Assembly (NCBI GenBank): GCA_044224875.1
Contig: JBGAJQ010000001.1
Coordinates: 192,001-256,000, forward strand
Length of the DNA stretch: 64,000 bases
Reading direction: 5' to 3'
Source: Gemmatimonadaceae bacterium
Lineage (GTDB): Bacteria; Gemmatimonadota; Gemmatimonadetes; Gemmatimonadales; Gemmatimonadaceae
Shown here: one piece after another, positions 29,206 through 38,822 of the stretch
How the letters are laid out: every line of letters starts with the position of its first letter
Position numbering within the stretch: position 1 is the first letter of the stretch
Notes under the pieces: model-generated
Seen by the model: only the letters and a program-made list of their open reading frames with translations
Told to the model about the DNA's origin: nothing
The model's database searches: none
Position numbers and translations under genes: made by a program

Positions 29206-30457
29206 GCGCGACGTCATACGCCTAACGCTTGATCAGGAGATCCCGCCGATCGCAGACTACAAGGAAACGAAGTACGTCAAGCACGTACGGATCCGCAGTG
29301 AACGCCTGAGCAAGTTCTGGGGTCGCGACATGTTCATCAGCGCCTTCGTGACGCTCCCGTGGGGGTTCGATGATCATCCGGGGGCGCGATATCCGCTCGT
29401 GATCAACCATGGGCATTTTGCCACGGAACCTGACAACTGGCGCGAGTCTCCCCCGGACCCAGACCTCAAGCCGGACTACAGTGAGCGTTTCTCCCTCGCC
29501 GGCTACAACCGTGTGCAACAGCAGTATGCGTGGCAGCTCTACCAGGATTGGACCGGCCCCGGGTTCCCGCGCATGCTCATGGTGCAGATCCAGCATCCGA
29601 CGCCCTTCTATGACGATTCGTATGCGGTGAATTCCGCGAATGCCGGACCGTGGGGCGATGCCATCCAGTACGAGCTCCTTCCAGAGATCGAACGGCGGTT
29701 TCGCGGCCTGGGGCAAGGGTGGGCGCGATTCGCTTTTGGCGGATCCACCGGCGGGTGGGAGTCCATGGCCGTCCAGGTGTTCTATCCCAATGAATACAAC
29801 GGGGCTTGGGTCGCCTGTCCCGATCCGATCGATTTCCGGCACTACGAGACGGTCAACATCTACGCGGACACCAATGCGTTCTTCATGCCGTCGCCATGGA
29901 AACGCACACCACGGCCCGCACATCGCAACTACCTCGGGCACGTGGACGGCACGGTCGAAGAGACGAATCTCTACGAGTACTTGTTAGGCACCCATTCGCG
30001 CTCCAGCGAACAGTGGGACGTATGGGAGGCCACCTTCTCACCGGTCGGTAGCGACGGCTACCCCAAGCGCATCTTTGACAAGACCACCGGAACCATCGAT
30101 AAGTCGGTGGCGGAGTACTGGAAGGAACACTACGACCTGTCGTACATCCTGCAGCGCGACTGGAAGACGCTGGCCCCGGTGCTCAAGGGGAAGCTTCGCA
30201 TCTACGTTGGCGACATGGACAACTATTACCTCAATAACGCCGTCTACGAGGTGGAGAAGTTCCTGAAGTCCGCGCAACCAGAGGCCGATGCGGTGGTGGA
30301 CTACGGCGACCGCGACGAGCACTGCTGGAACGGCGATCACACCCGCGCCAATGCATACTCACGGTTGCGGTACGCCCAGATGTCGATGCCGTGGTTCGTC
30401 GAACGCATGCTCAAGACGGCGCCGGCGGACGCCGACCTTCGCAGCTGGCGGTATTAG
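29200..30457 (+). pseudogene. Alpha/beta hydrolase (esterase-like), apparently 5'-truncated
   Basis: GGSTGGWES nucleophile elbow, YDDSYAVNSAN, GDMDNYYLN, EHCW; the upstream part of ORF 28985 is the antisense of the peptidase. Confidence 0.65.
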
Positions 30458-30466
30458 GAGCGACGC

Positions 30467-31654
30467 CTAACGCGCCTTGCGCAAAGCGGCAATCCTCGGC
30501 GCCCGGCTCTTTGGGCTGTCGAGGGAAAAGGAACGGGCGTCGCCCAACTGATCGCGCACAAACGCCTCGGTCGCCTGGATCGCGGTCTCGAGCGTCTTGT
30601 CTCTGGGCACGAACGTGGCCAACGCCGTCGATTGCGTCTCCGGATCAAACTCCCAAAGTCCTACCACACGGCCGCGATCGACGATCGCGTGGCTTGGCAA
30701 GTCAGTGAGTGCGCCGAGAGTGGCCAGCGCCTTTTCTCCCATCACCTGACGTGCGGCATCGTCGGGATCAATGGCGCTCGCCAAGTCACGGCGGTTCGCC
30801 ACCAACGGATCCAGCGACGAAACGAGGGCATACTGGGCCTTGCCTGGTACACGAAACTTCTGGTATGCGGGGAGGTCGCTGCGCAGCAGCAACCAATCAC
30901 TCGCGTCCTCGACCGGCGTCAAGTCGACCTCCGCGATCGCGGCCTTCGCTGCGGCAACGCCGAGTCCCGAGAACCACTGAAACTGCGACAGCTTGGCCGG
31001 CCCAGCCCAACGGAAGAATCGCTCGGCCAATGCGCGATGTGACTCGCTGAGCGAGGCGCGATACGTTGCCAGGGGACTCGGCTTCCATAGCACATACGCG
31101 TACCTCTGCTGATCAAGCCGCCCGTTCACTGGGACGCGTCGAATGTGCCCCGAAGATTGCAGCCGGCCGAGCGCGAGTGGCAGCGTTGTGGTGAGTCCCT
31201 TCTTCTTCCCCGCCTCGCCAAGAGAACGCGACGCATTCCCCGTGGCCGAGCGAATCCCTTCGGGATCGAGCGGGCCGCGAGTGAGCGCCTTCAGCACGGC
31301 GTCGCAAAGCGCGGACACCTCGCTCTCAGTCACACCGAGCTTCAGCGCTTGCCTTGTTTCACCCTCGGTGAAGCCAGCTCCAACCGAAAGCCCGACCGCA
31401 AAATCGCTGGCCGGAACGACGTAGGTGCATCCACGCGCCGTTGGAAGTTCGTGGATCTCGCACGACGCGACGGCGGCGTCAGCCGCCTCTCGAGACGTGC
31501 CCGCTCGCGAGAAGAGCGTGAGGTAGGGACCGACGCCTCCCACCGACCGCGCCCATCCCGTGCGCTCCAGGACCTCCGCTGGTGCCGCGTCGCGAAATGA
31601 TCCGTCTAGTCCCTGTCGATGCGCCCACCAGGCGCGAAGCTTCGCAATGTCCAT
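30467..31654 (-). CDS. Winged-helix HTH_42 protein (AlkZ/YcaQ DNA glycosylase-like)
   Basis: PYLTLFSR, RGCTYVVP, LAERFFRWAGPA...FQWFSGL, AIVDRGRVVGLW. Confidence 0.75.
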   Translation of the reverse strand: MDIAKLRAWWAHRQGLDGSFRDAAPAEVLERTGWARSVGGVGPYLTLFSRAGTSREAADAAVASCEIHELPTARGCTYVVPASDFAVGLSVGAGFTEGETRQALKLGVTESEVSALCDAVLKALTRGPLDPEGIRSATGNASRSLGEAGKKKGLTTTLPLALGRLQSSGHIRRVPVNGRLDQQRYAYVLWKPSPLATYRASLSESHRALAERFFRWAGPAKLSQFQWFSGLGVAAAKAAIAEVDLTPVEDASDWLLLRSDLPAYQKFRVPGKAQYALVSSLDPLVANRRDLASAIDPDDAARQVMGEKALATLGALTDLPSHAIVDRGRVVGLWEFDPETQSTALATFVPRDKTLETAIQATEAFVRDQLGDARSFSLDSPKSRAPRIAALRKAR

Positions 31655-31828
31655 GAGAGCCAAGGGCAGGTGTGGCCCTCATGTTGGGGCTCCGACCGCG
31701 AACACGCAACGTGGGAAAACGAACGAAGCCGGGCGCGATTCCGATGCCCCCGGCCCCCCCGGCCATAGACATCCGCACCCGGCTTCGTGATTGGTCCCCT
31801 CAGCTGCCTAACGCTTCATGTAACCGTA

Positions 31829-32737
31829 CTACGAGCAGCTCAAGTGGCCCCTCGGTAAGGGCATTGTGCACGTCTTGGTGGTGCCATCCTGCGTGATCGT
31901 GATCTTGGCAGTCGCCGAACCATCGTACGTCACCACTTCCCGTCGGACGGTGGAACTGGTTGTTCCGGCGATGGTCTTGGTCGCCTTCAAGTTGCGAATG
32001 ATCGTTCCCGCCGTCGGGTACGTCGGTCCCGTGGTAGAGACGGGGATGATGATTCCCTTGGTGGTGTCCGACACGGCCCGCGACGCGGTGAAGGCGCCGG
32101 CGCTCGCCGTTCCGGTGGTCGTCTCGGTCCCTTGTGCGGTGCCATTCACGGTACGTTGCGTAGCACCGCTTGCCAGACCGGTGACCGTGCGGTCACTCGT
32201 GTGCTGCACCACGCTGGTGGCGCTGTCGCGCCGTGTGGCCGTTCCGCTGACCGTGGTTCGTACGCGAATACTATTGGTGAGGCTGTCGACTGCCGCTTGG
32301 GCCACACCGGCCGCCGTCTTGTACTCAATGAGCTTCGTAATCGTTAGGCCGTTGTGGGTGTCTGTGCACGTAACGACTCCCGTCGATGCGGCGAAGGCGC
32401 ATGTTCCCATCTGCCCGGCGTCGCCAAACGGCCCCTTGCCGTGCGGCCCGCCACCAAATCCAGGGCCGCCGCCGAAGAACTCGGCGCCCAATCCGCCTCC
32501 CATCATCCCCATCCCATGTTCGCCACCGCGTCCGCGCTCGGGGATCCACATCCCCGTTCCACTGGCCGAGCTCGCGCCAAAGCTGGAGGTGGCCGCGTCA
32601 AAGCCGACCGGCACCGTCAGGAATGCATCGGTCAGGGCCAAACGATTGGCGCTGGGTGAATTGAAGGAGTCGGAGCAGCCGGCGGCTACAACCAATGCGG
32701 CCGCCGCGACCAGGGAACGCGTTCGGAAGGAAATCAT
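31829..32737 (-). CDS. Hypothetical Thr/Gly-rich lipoprotein
   Basis: GGAG RBS, lipobox VAAGC, Gly-rich linker, beta-rich Thr repeats, terminal C..C pair. Confidence 0.75.
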   Translation of the reverse strand: MISFRTRSLVAAAALVVAAGCSDSFNSPSANRLALTDAFLTVPVGFDAATSSFGASSASGTGMWIPERGRGGEHGMGMMGGGLGAEFFGGGPGFGGGPHGKGPFGDAGQMGTCAFAASTGVVTCTDTHNGLTITKLIEYKTAAGVAQAAVDSLTNSIRVRTTVSGTATRRDSATSVVQHTSDRTVTGLASGATQRTVNGTAQGTETTTGTASAGAFTASRAVSDTTKGIIIPVSTTGPTYPTAGTIIRNLKATKTIAGTTSSTVRREVVTYDGSATAKITITQDGTTKTCTMPLPRGHLSCS

Positions 32738-32808
32738 TGCAGGCGTCTCCATGCTTTGTGCCGGTGGGACCCGTTGTCCGCCCGGTAGACGTGAGTGGTT
32801 TCGCAGTG

Positions 32809-32834
32809 TTAACACCTCTTTCATGCCGCACCCT
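32809..32834 (-). promoter_or_regulatory. Candidate ECF-sigma promoter AGGGT-N14-GTGTTAA upstream of the lipoprotein
   Basis: Minus strand AGGGT gcggcatgaaagag GTGTTAA; same boxes and spacing as 33771-33796. Confidence 0.6.
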
Positions 32835-33086
32835 ATGTCGTCGCGACGATTGTCGGTTCGCGCGAGGAATCATCGGGGAGGATGACGTGCGCTATCAGGC
32901 GTGCTACGACGGTGGCGTTCGCGTAATCGATGTGTCTTGAGAGTTGTCGCTGCAAGCCCGCTGCGCCGAACTCACGTTAGGGTGTGCGGTGTGGCGTCGT
33001 TTCTCGGAACCCTTGCTACCAACGATCACTCCAGATGGCGACAACGCAATCGCCCTGCCTCGGCTTACTCGCGTGGCCGTTTGCGA

Positions 33087-33680
33087 CTATTGAGTGAGGT
33101 CGCGCGCAGGGGCAACGGACCGCGGAAGCCAAGGCGCCATCTGTTCCCTCAGCAATCGTAGGGCACGGCCCATGTGGGCCTCAACCGTCTTTACGGAAAC
33201 TCCGAGTGCCGTGGCGATCTCTAAATACTTCAGTCCCTGCATGCGGCTCATCCGGAATACTTCGCGGCATCTATCGGGAAGCCCATCGATGGCGCGATTC
33301 AACGCCACCCCAATTTCCTCCCCTTCGAGGTCGGCAAATGCCGATGCTGGCGAGGAGTCAGGTGATGCAAGGTACGGCGCCTCGCGCTTCTCGATCTTCG
33401 CGTGGCGGATCGCGTTCAGGGCGCGATTTCGAGTCGATCGAATCAGGTACGCGTGTGCCGACCCTTCCCCCGACAACTGCTCACGGCGGCGCCACAGCTC
33501 CAACAGCACGTCTTGCACGATCTCCTCAGCCTGCTCGCGATCCTTCAATAGAGCTCCAGCGATGCGAACCAGCGTCGGGTACCACGCCCGAAAGATCTCC
33601 TCGAACGCGTGCTCATCTCCTTGACGAAGGCGTTCGAGAAGCTGGCGGTCTTGCTGCGTGCTGATTTCGGGGCTGGTCAC
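33087..33680 (-). CDS. ECF sigma-70 factor (FecI-like)
   Basis: AEEIVQDVLLELW, RNRALN, LPDRCREVF, YLEIATALGVSVKTVEAHM. Confidence 0.93.
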   Translation of the reverse strand: MTSPEISTQQDRQLLERLRQGDEHAFEEIFRAWYPTLVRIAGALLKDREQAEEIVQDVLLELWRRREQLSGEGSAHAYLIRSTRNRALNAIRHAKIEKREAPYLASPDSSPASAFADLEGEEIGVALNRAIDGLPDRCREVFRMSRMQGLKYLEIATALGVSVKTVEAHMGRALRLLREQMAPWLPRSVAPARDLTQ

Positions 33681-33770
33681 GGTCCGGTGTTACTCCAACC
33701 ACATTGCATGGTGCCGACTGCGACTTTCTGGTGTAGCAGCCTTGTTTTCGCGCGAGGCAGGTTCATAGTG

Positions 33771-33796
33771 AGGGTTCCGCACCCTCGAAGTGTTAA
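33771..33796 (+). promoter_or_regulatory. Candidate ECF-sigma promoter AGGGT-N14-GTGTTAA upstream of fecR
   Basis: AGGGT tccgcaccctcgaa GTGTTAA, 8 nt before ATG 33805. Confidence 0.6.
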
Positions 33797-33804
33797 TTCC
33801 CGGT

Positions 33805-34887
33805 ATGACGGATTCCGAGCGCCCATTCCCTGACGAAACCCCCAAGCAGGCAGAGGACCCATATTGGGAATCCTTGGCTCGCTTTGCCACGGGGAACGCG
33901 GGCAAAGACGAGGTGGATCGCATCCGGAAAGTGCTCGCCGATCGCCCCGTAGATGCCGGGCTGTTGGAGGCAATGGATCGTGTATTGCCACCGCTCCCTG
34001 GCTGGGATGTCCGCGATTCGGATATCGAGGTAGCGCTTGATAAGGTCAAAGGCCGCCGTGGTGCGGCTGGGCCGAAGTTGACGGTAGTGCCCGGTTCTAA
34101 GCCCTTAGTGGCACCAAAGAGGCGCTTTAATGTCGGTATAGTGTCTTGGCTTGCCGCTGCCGCCGTGGTCGCTGCGGTATCGCTTTGGCCTCGGCAACCC
34201 GCAGGCTCTGGAAGCGATCCGGGAGAGGCGCGTGTGTTCCAGACCGCCGCCGCCCAGCGAGACTCGGTCCGATTGCCTGACGGGACTCGGGTTGTGCTGG
34301 CGCCGCTGAGCCGCCTCGAGGTCACCGCCGACTTTGGACGCGGGGCGAGAAGGGTCCGGCTCTCGGGCGAGGCGCTGTTCGACGTGAAGCACGATGCCGC
34401 ACAACCCTTCGCGATCGTGACGCCGTTAGCGGTGGTCGAGGATCTTGGCACTACGTTCACTGTGCGAGATGACGAAAGCGATTCGGTGACCGTGCGCGTG
34501 ACCCACGGCCGAGTGCGAGTGCGCGGGCAACGGGACTCCACGAGTACCGCGACGCTGGATGCTGGCGACGTGGGCGTCCTGCGCGGCGGAGCGATCGACG
34601 TTCGGCGGGGCGCCGTGAGCGCACGCGATACGGCCTGGGTCCGTGGCGAGTTCGTCTTCCGCGACGCCACCATGGACGAGGTGGCGACGCAGATGCGTCG
34701 ATGGTACGGAATCCGCATTCGCGTTGCCGACGAAGTGTTGGAACGCCGCCATGTCACCGCCACCTTGGCGGATGAACCGGTAGATCGTGCTCTGCAAATC
34801 ATCGCGCTGGCGTTAGGTGCGGAAGTCGAGCGCACTGGCGACACCGCGGTGGTACGCTTGCCCAAGCAGATATCGTCGAATCGATGA
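33805..34887 (+). CDS. fecR: FecR-family anti-sigma factor
   Basis: Single TM, VRLPDGTRVVL, LSGEALFDV, DLGTTF, AWVRGEFVF, RRWYG. Confidence 0.9.
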   Translation: MTDSERPFPDETPKQAEDPYWESLARFATGNAGKDEVDRIRKVLADRPVDAGLLEAMDRVLPPLPGWDVRDSDIEVALDKVKGRRGAAGPKLTVVPGSKPLVAPKRRFNVGIVSWLAAAAVVAAVSLWPRQPAGSGSDPGEARVFQTAAAQRDSVRLPDGTRVVLAPLSRLEVTADFGRGARRVRLSGEALFDVKHDAAQPFAIVTPLAVVEDLGTTFTVRDDESDSVTVRVTHGRVRVRGQRDSTSTATLDAGDVGVLRGGAIDVRRGAVSARDTAWVRGEFVFRDATMDEVATQMRRWYGIRIRVADEVLERRHVTATLADEPVDRALQIIALALGAEVERTGDTAVVRLPKQISSNR

Positions 34888-37472
34888 CGGCCAGGCGCCG
34901 GTGGATCGTTCGTGTCGGCAGGCACGTGGTCGCGGCTCTCATCCTGACAGCCGCGGCTTCGTCGTTGCCGGCGCAGAGCAGTTGCAACGCGACGCCGCCG
35001 GCACCTGCGGCATCGACGAAGCCATGGCCGGCACCCCTCGACCGAATCGTCAGCCTGCGGGGCGGGATGTTGGCCCTGCGCGAGGCCTTGGACCGGCTGG
35101 CGGCTGCCTCTCACGTGCGACTGTCCTACAGCTCAGAGGCGCTGCCGCTCGATCGCCGTGTTTGCGCGACGTACGCTGAAGCGCCGATGGGGCGGATTCT
35201 TTATGAGCTGCTCGAGGGCGTGAGCGTCCAACCCACCATCCTCAGTGACAACCAGGTCGTTCTGGTACCTCAGGTGGTGCCCCAGCCCCCGCGCGCCGCA
35301 CGTCGCGTCTCCGAAATGCCAATCGGCGTCCTGGACCGAATCGTGGTCACCGGCAGCGCCGCAGGTTCCGAACAGCGCGCCCTGGCCGTGAACGTCGATG
35401 TTGTGAGCGGCGATCGAGTCGCGCAACGCGGCGATGGGTCGTTAGCGCATGTAATGAATGGCGAGGTCCCTGGCATGTGGTCGTGGGAGCCTGCACCGTC
35501 GGCGATGGCGCTTCGCTACGGGAGCATTCGCGGGGCGTCCTCCTTCGGAGTGAATGCGCCCAAGATCTACATCGACGGCATCGAAGTCGCGAATCCACTG
35601 TTGGTCACGCAGCTGATGCCGGAAACGATCGAGCGCGTAGAGATCATCCGCGGTCCCCAGGGGGCGGCGCTGTATGGAGCCGATGCGATCAGCGGGGTGG
35701 TCAACATCATCACCCGGCATGACGGGGTCGGAGCCACGCCGTCCCGCCTCCAGATGCGGAGCACGTTCGGCATGGCAGGAAGTGCCTGGGCCCCGGCCGG
35801 CGTGCTGGCGCAAGATCTTGGGGTCAGCTTTCGTTCAGGAACGAATGTTCGAGGTGGCGGGGCTTCGGTGGCCTATCGCTCGTTAGGTGCGTTCCTGCCC
35901 GAGGCGTTCAGCCGTGACCTCATGGCCAACGCAGATTTCCGAAAGGTTGGGACACGGAGTACCCTCGTGGGCACGGCACGTCTGTTCACGCGCGATGCCG
36001 GCACCTCGTCACCACTGCTGCGCGACCTTGTCATCTCCGGCTCGTCGAACACCACGGGCATGTCGCACGACGTCGCCCCGCGCACGGGAGCCATGGGAGT
36101 TCCCGGACTCACGCAGAGCTTCGACGCCGATAGCGGCGTGGCGCAATCCGTCCGCGAGTACACCCTTGGACTGACCGGTCGATTCGCCCCGAACGAGAAG
36201 TGGACGCACACCCTCGTCGCCGGCGTGGATGGGTTCGCGCTCACGGGCGACGCCACGCAGTCTGCCCTCCTCTTATCCGCAACCGACTCGGCCCTGCACG
36301 ATGCGCGGGGCGAGACGGCACGTGCCACGATCCGGGCCAGCACCGTGGGTCAATTCCAGTGGGGTTCGCACGTGTCGCACGCGCTTACGTTCGCGCTCGA
36401 GCAGACCATCACTCGGCAGGAGACCGCGGCACAGGAATTCGTGTACGTTCCGCGTACGACGCCAGGTCGTGACTCCCTGCTGCATGTGCGCGCGATCGAT
36501 TGGCGACGTACGAGCGGCGCGGTTGCGCAGCTGAATTCGGCGCTTGGTCGAACTCTCTACTTCACCGCTGGCCTGCGTTTCGAGGGAAGTGGCGGCCAGT
36601 TCGGCGAGAGTCGCCTGGACGCCCTCCCCATGCTCGGCCTCTCCGCGGTGAAGGAGGCTGGCCTCCTCTCGCTCAAGTTGCGAACGGCGTACGGCAGGGG
36701 CATTCGCGTGCCGCAGCTGTCGACCCGCGAACGCGCCCTGTTTGCACTGGGGCGTCTGGCACTCCCCTACGAACTCCCGCCCGAAACGCAGTCCGGCGTC
36801 GAGTTCGGGTTCGATGCCACCCTGGCGCGCGTCTTGTCCATGCACGTAACACGATTCGACCAACAAGCGACCGGTCTGTTACAGATCGTCGGAATGGCCC
36901 CCGCGACAAACGAAGGTGGACCAACGAATCAGTTCCGGCCGCGACCGACGTACGCGCTGCAGAACGTAGGGCGCATCGCGAACAAGGGCTGGGAGTTGTC
37001 GCTCCAGGCCTCGCATGGCCCCTTGAACGTCAGTAGTGCGTTGAGCCTGACGGATAGCCGAGTGTTGAGGCTGGCGGAAGGGTATTCGGGAGACCTCAGG
37101 CCTGGCGATCGGACGCTGGAAGTTCCGGCGCGTACCGTCAGCCTCAGCGCGTCGTGGACCCAACCGCGCTGGTACGCAACCTTCGGTGTGTCTCGCGCCT
37201 CCGATTGGGTGAACTACGACCGCATGGCGCTAGCGCAGGTGTTCGCGACGCAGGACGCCAACGAGCATCCCATGGGAAGCGCGCTTCGCGACTATTGGCT
37301 CGATTACGCCGGTGTCACACGAGTTCGCGCCTCGTTCTCCCGAGACGTCTTTCGTTCGCTCTCCCTCCTCGCGACCGGCGACAACTTGCTGAACTACCAG
37401 CGCGGCGAGCCGGACAACATCACGATCGTCCCGGGAAGAACCATCAGCGCGGGTCTGCGCGTTCGATTCTGA
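34884..37472 (+). CDS. TonB-dependent receptor with N-terminal STN-like signalling domain
   Basis: LDRIVVTG TonB box, plug IYIDGI...IERVEIIRGPQGAALYGADAISGVVNIIT, C-terminal Phe; ATGA-coupled to fecR. Confidence 0.9.
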   Translation: MTARRRWIVRVGRHVVAALILTAAASSLPAQSSCNATPPAPAASTKPWPAPLDRIVSLRGGMLALREALDRLAAASHVRLSYSSEALPLDRRVCATYAEAPMGRILYELLEGVSVQPTILSDNQVVLVPQVVPQPPRAARRVSEMPIGVLDRIVVTGSAAGSEQRALAVNVDVVSGDRVAQRGDGSLAHVMNGEVPGMWSWEPAPSAMALRYGSIRGASSFGVNAPKIYIDGIEVANPLLVTQLMPETIERVEIIRGPQGAALYGADAISGVVNIITRHDGVGATPSRLQMRSTFGMAGSAWAPAGVLAQDLGVSFRSGTNVRGGGASVAYRSLGAFLPEAFSRDLMANADFRKVGTRSTLVGTARLFTRDAGTSSPLLRDLVISGSSNTTGMSHDVAPRTGAMGVPGLTQSFDADSGVAQSVREYTLGLTGRFAPNEKWTHTLVAGVDGFALTGDATQSALLLSATDSALHDARGETARATIRASTVGQFQWGSHVSHALTFALEQTITRQETAAQEFVYVPRTTPGRDSLLHVRAIDWRRTSGAVAQLNSALGRTLYFTAGLRFEGSGGQFGESRLDALPMLGLSAVKEAGLLSLKLRTAYGRGIRVPQLSTRERALFALGRLALPYELPPETQSGVEFGFDATLARVLSMHVTRFDQQATGLLQIVGMAPATNEGGPTNQFRPRPTYALQNVGRIANKGWELSLQASHGPLNVSSALSLTDSRVLRLAEGYSGDLRPGDRTLEVPARTVSLSASWTQPRWYATFGVSRASDWVNYDRMALAQVFATQDANEHPMGSALRDYWLDYAGVTRVRASFSRDVFRSLSLLATGDNLLNYQRGEPDNITIVPGRTISAGLRVRF

Positions 37473-37616
37473 CGGTGCCGAAGGGTGAGCGCGTGCTCAT
37501 CCCTAGCGTGTCGGCGCCCCTCGGCGTAATTCGATGGTGTGTCTCGCAATGCCATCGATGCCGCTCCTCCGTTCGCGTGACGCTGAGAGGCGGTTCCCAC
37601 CCAAACTGACATCAAC

Positions 37617-38819
37617 GTGGCCAGCACCCATACGGCGGACGCGCTGTCGCGCCTGAGTCTTCGCGCCTCTGAGCTGGCCAGCGAAGGCGCACTGGATGTC
37701 ATGCGGCGCGCCCAGGAACTGGAACGCCAGGGCCGCACGGTCATTCACTTGGAACTGGGAGCACCCGACATTGCCGCGGCCCCGCACATTACCGAGGCGG
37801 CTGTGCGGGCCTTGCAGGCCGGGGACGCCCGGTATGTCGCACCTGCCGGCATACCCGAACTGCGAGAAGCCATCGCCATCGACGTTCAGTCCCGAGGCAT
37901 CCGCTGTTCTCCCGAGCAGGTGCTGGTGACACCGAGTGCAAAGACTGCTGTTTTCTATGCCTTGCTCGCGACAGTCGATGAAGGTTGCGAAGTTCTGGTG
38001 CCAGATCCCGGCTTTCCCATTTACCCATCCGTGGCGCGTTTCGCCGGTGGGGTACCGGTCGGGTACGGCGTCAATCGCGACAACGCACCAGACGTCGACG
38101 ATATCGCGGCGCGCATAACGAGCAGGACGCGCGTACTCGCCATCAATTCGCCGAACAACCCGACCGGTGGAGCCTTGGACGCTGCCAACATGGAGCGGCT
38201 GGCCGAACTCGTCGCGCATCACGACCTGCTGGTTGTGACGGACGACATCTATTCTCGACTCGTCTTTGACGGGGCACGCGCCCCCGCCATCGCAGCGCAC
38301 GACGGCGCGCGCGATCGCACGATTCTCGTGGACGGCTTCTCCAAGACCTACGCGATGACCGGCTACCGATTGGGTTATCTCGTCGTGCCCGCGCGCTTCG
38401 TGCCGACCATGACCACGTTGGCCATCAATGGACACACCTGCGTGGCGCCGTTCATTCAACGGGCTGGCGTTGCGGCTCTCACGGGACCGCAGGATTCCGT
38501 GGCGGCGCAGGTCGCCGCGTATCGAAGCCGGCGAGATCTCGTTGTGAGCCGCTTGAATGCGATGCCGGGGGTCCGCTGCGCAACGCCCGCCGGTGCATTC
38601 TACGCCTTTCCCGACTTCTCGGCGTTGCTCTCCCCGCGGCGCATGTCGTCAGCCCAACTCGCATCCATCATGCTCGAAGAGCATGGCGTGGCGCTGATCG
38701 ACGGGGCAGCGTTCGGTGCTCGTGGCGAGGGGTCCCTGCGCCTCTCCTTCGCGTCCGCGCAGGCCGACCTGGACGAAGCGCTCCGTCGTATCGCGGAAGC
38801 CGTGAACGCCCTCGCCTGA
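37617..38819 (+). CDS. PLP-dependent aminotransferase class I/II
   Basis: NSPNNPTG, TDDIY, GFSKTYAMTGYRLG, GAFY, LRLSFA. Confidence 0.93.
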   Translation: MASTHTADALSRLSLRASELASEGALDVMRRAQELERQGRTVIHLELGAPDIAAAPHITEAAVRALQAGDARYVAPAGIPELREAIAIDVQSRGIRCSPEQVLVTPSAKTAVFYALLATVDEGCEVLVPDPGFPIYPSVARFAGGVPVGYGVNRDNAPDVDDIAARITSRTRVLAINSPNNPTGGALDAANMERLAELVAHHDLLVVTDDIYSRLVFDGARAPAIAAHDGARDRTILVDGFSKTYAMTGYRLGYLVVPARFVPTMTTLAINGHTCVAPFIQRAGVAALTGPQDSVAAQVAAYRSRRDLVVSRLNAMPGVRCATPAGAFYAFPDFSALLSPRRMSSAQLASIMLEEHGVALIDGAAFGARGEGSLRLSFASAQADLDEALRRIAEAVNALA

Positions 38820-38822
38820 CTT

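Noticed and set aside
33690..35114. 474-aa minus-strand ORF, and similar long antisense ORFs (21916-23262, 31866-32885, 736-1767, 37503-38459)
   Set aside because: Shadows of well-supported genes on the other strand in GC-rich DNA; no recognisable motifs.
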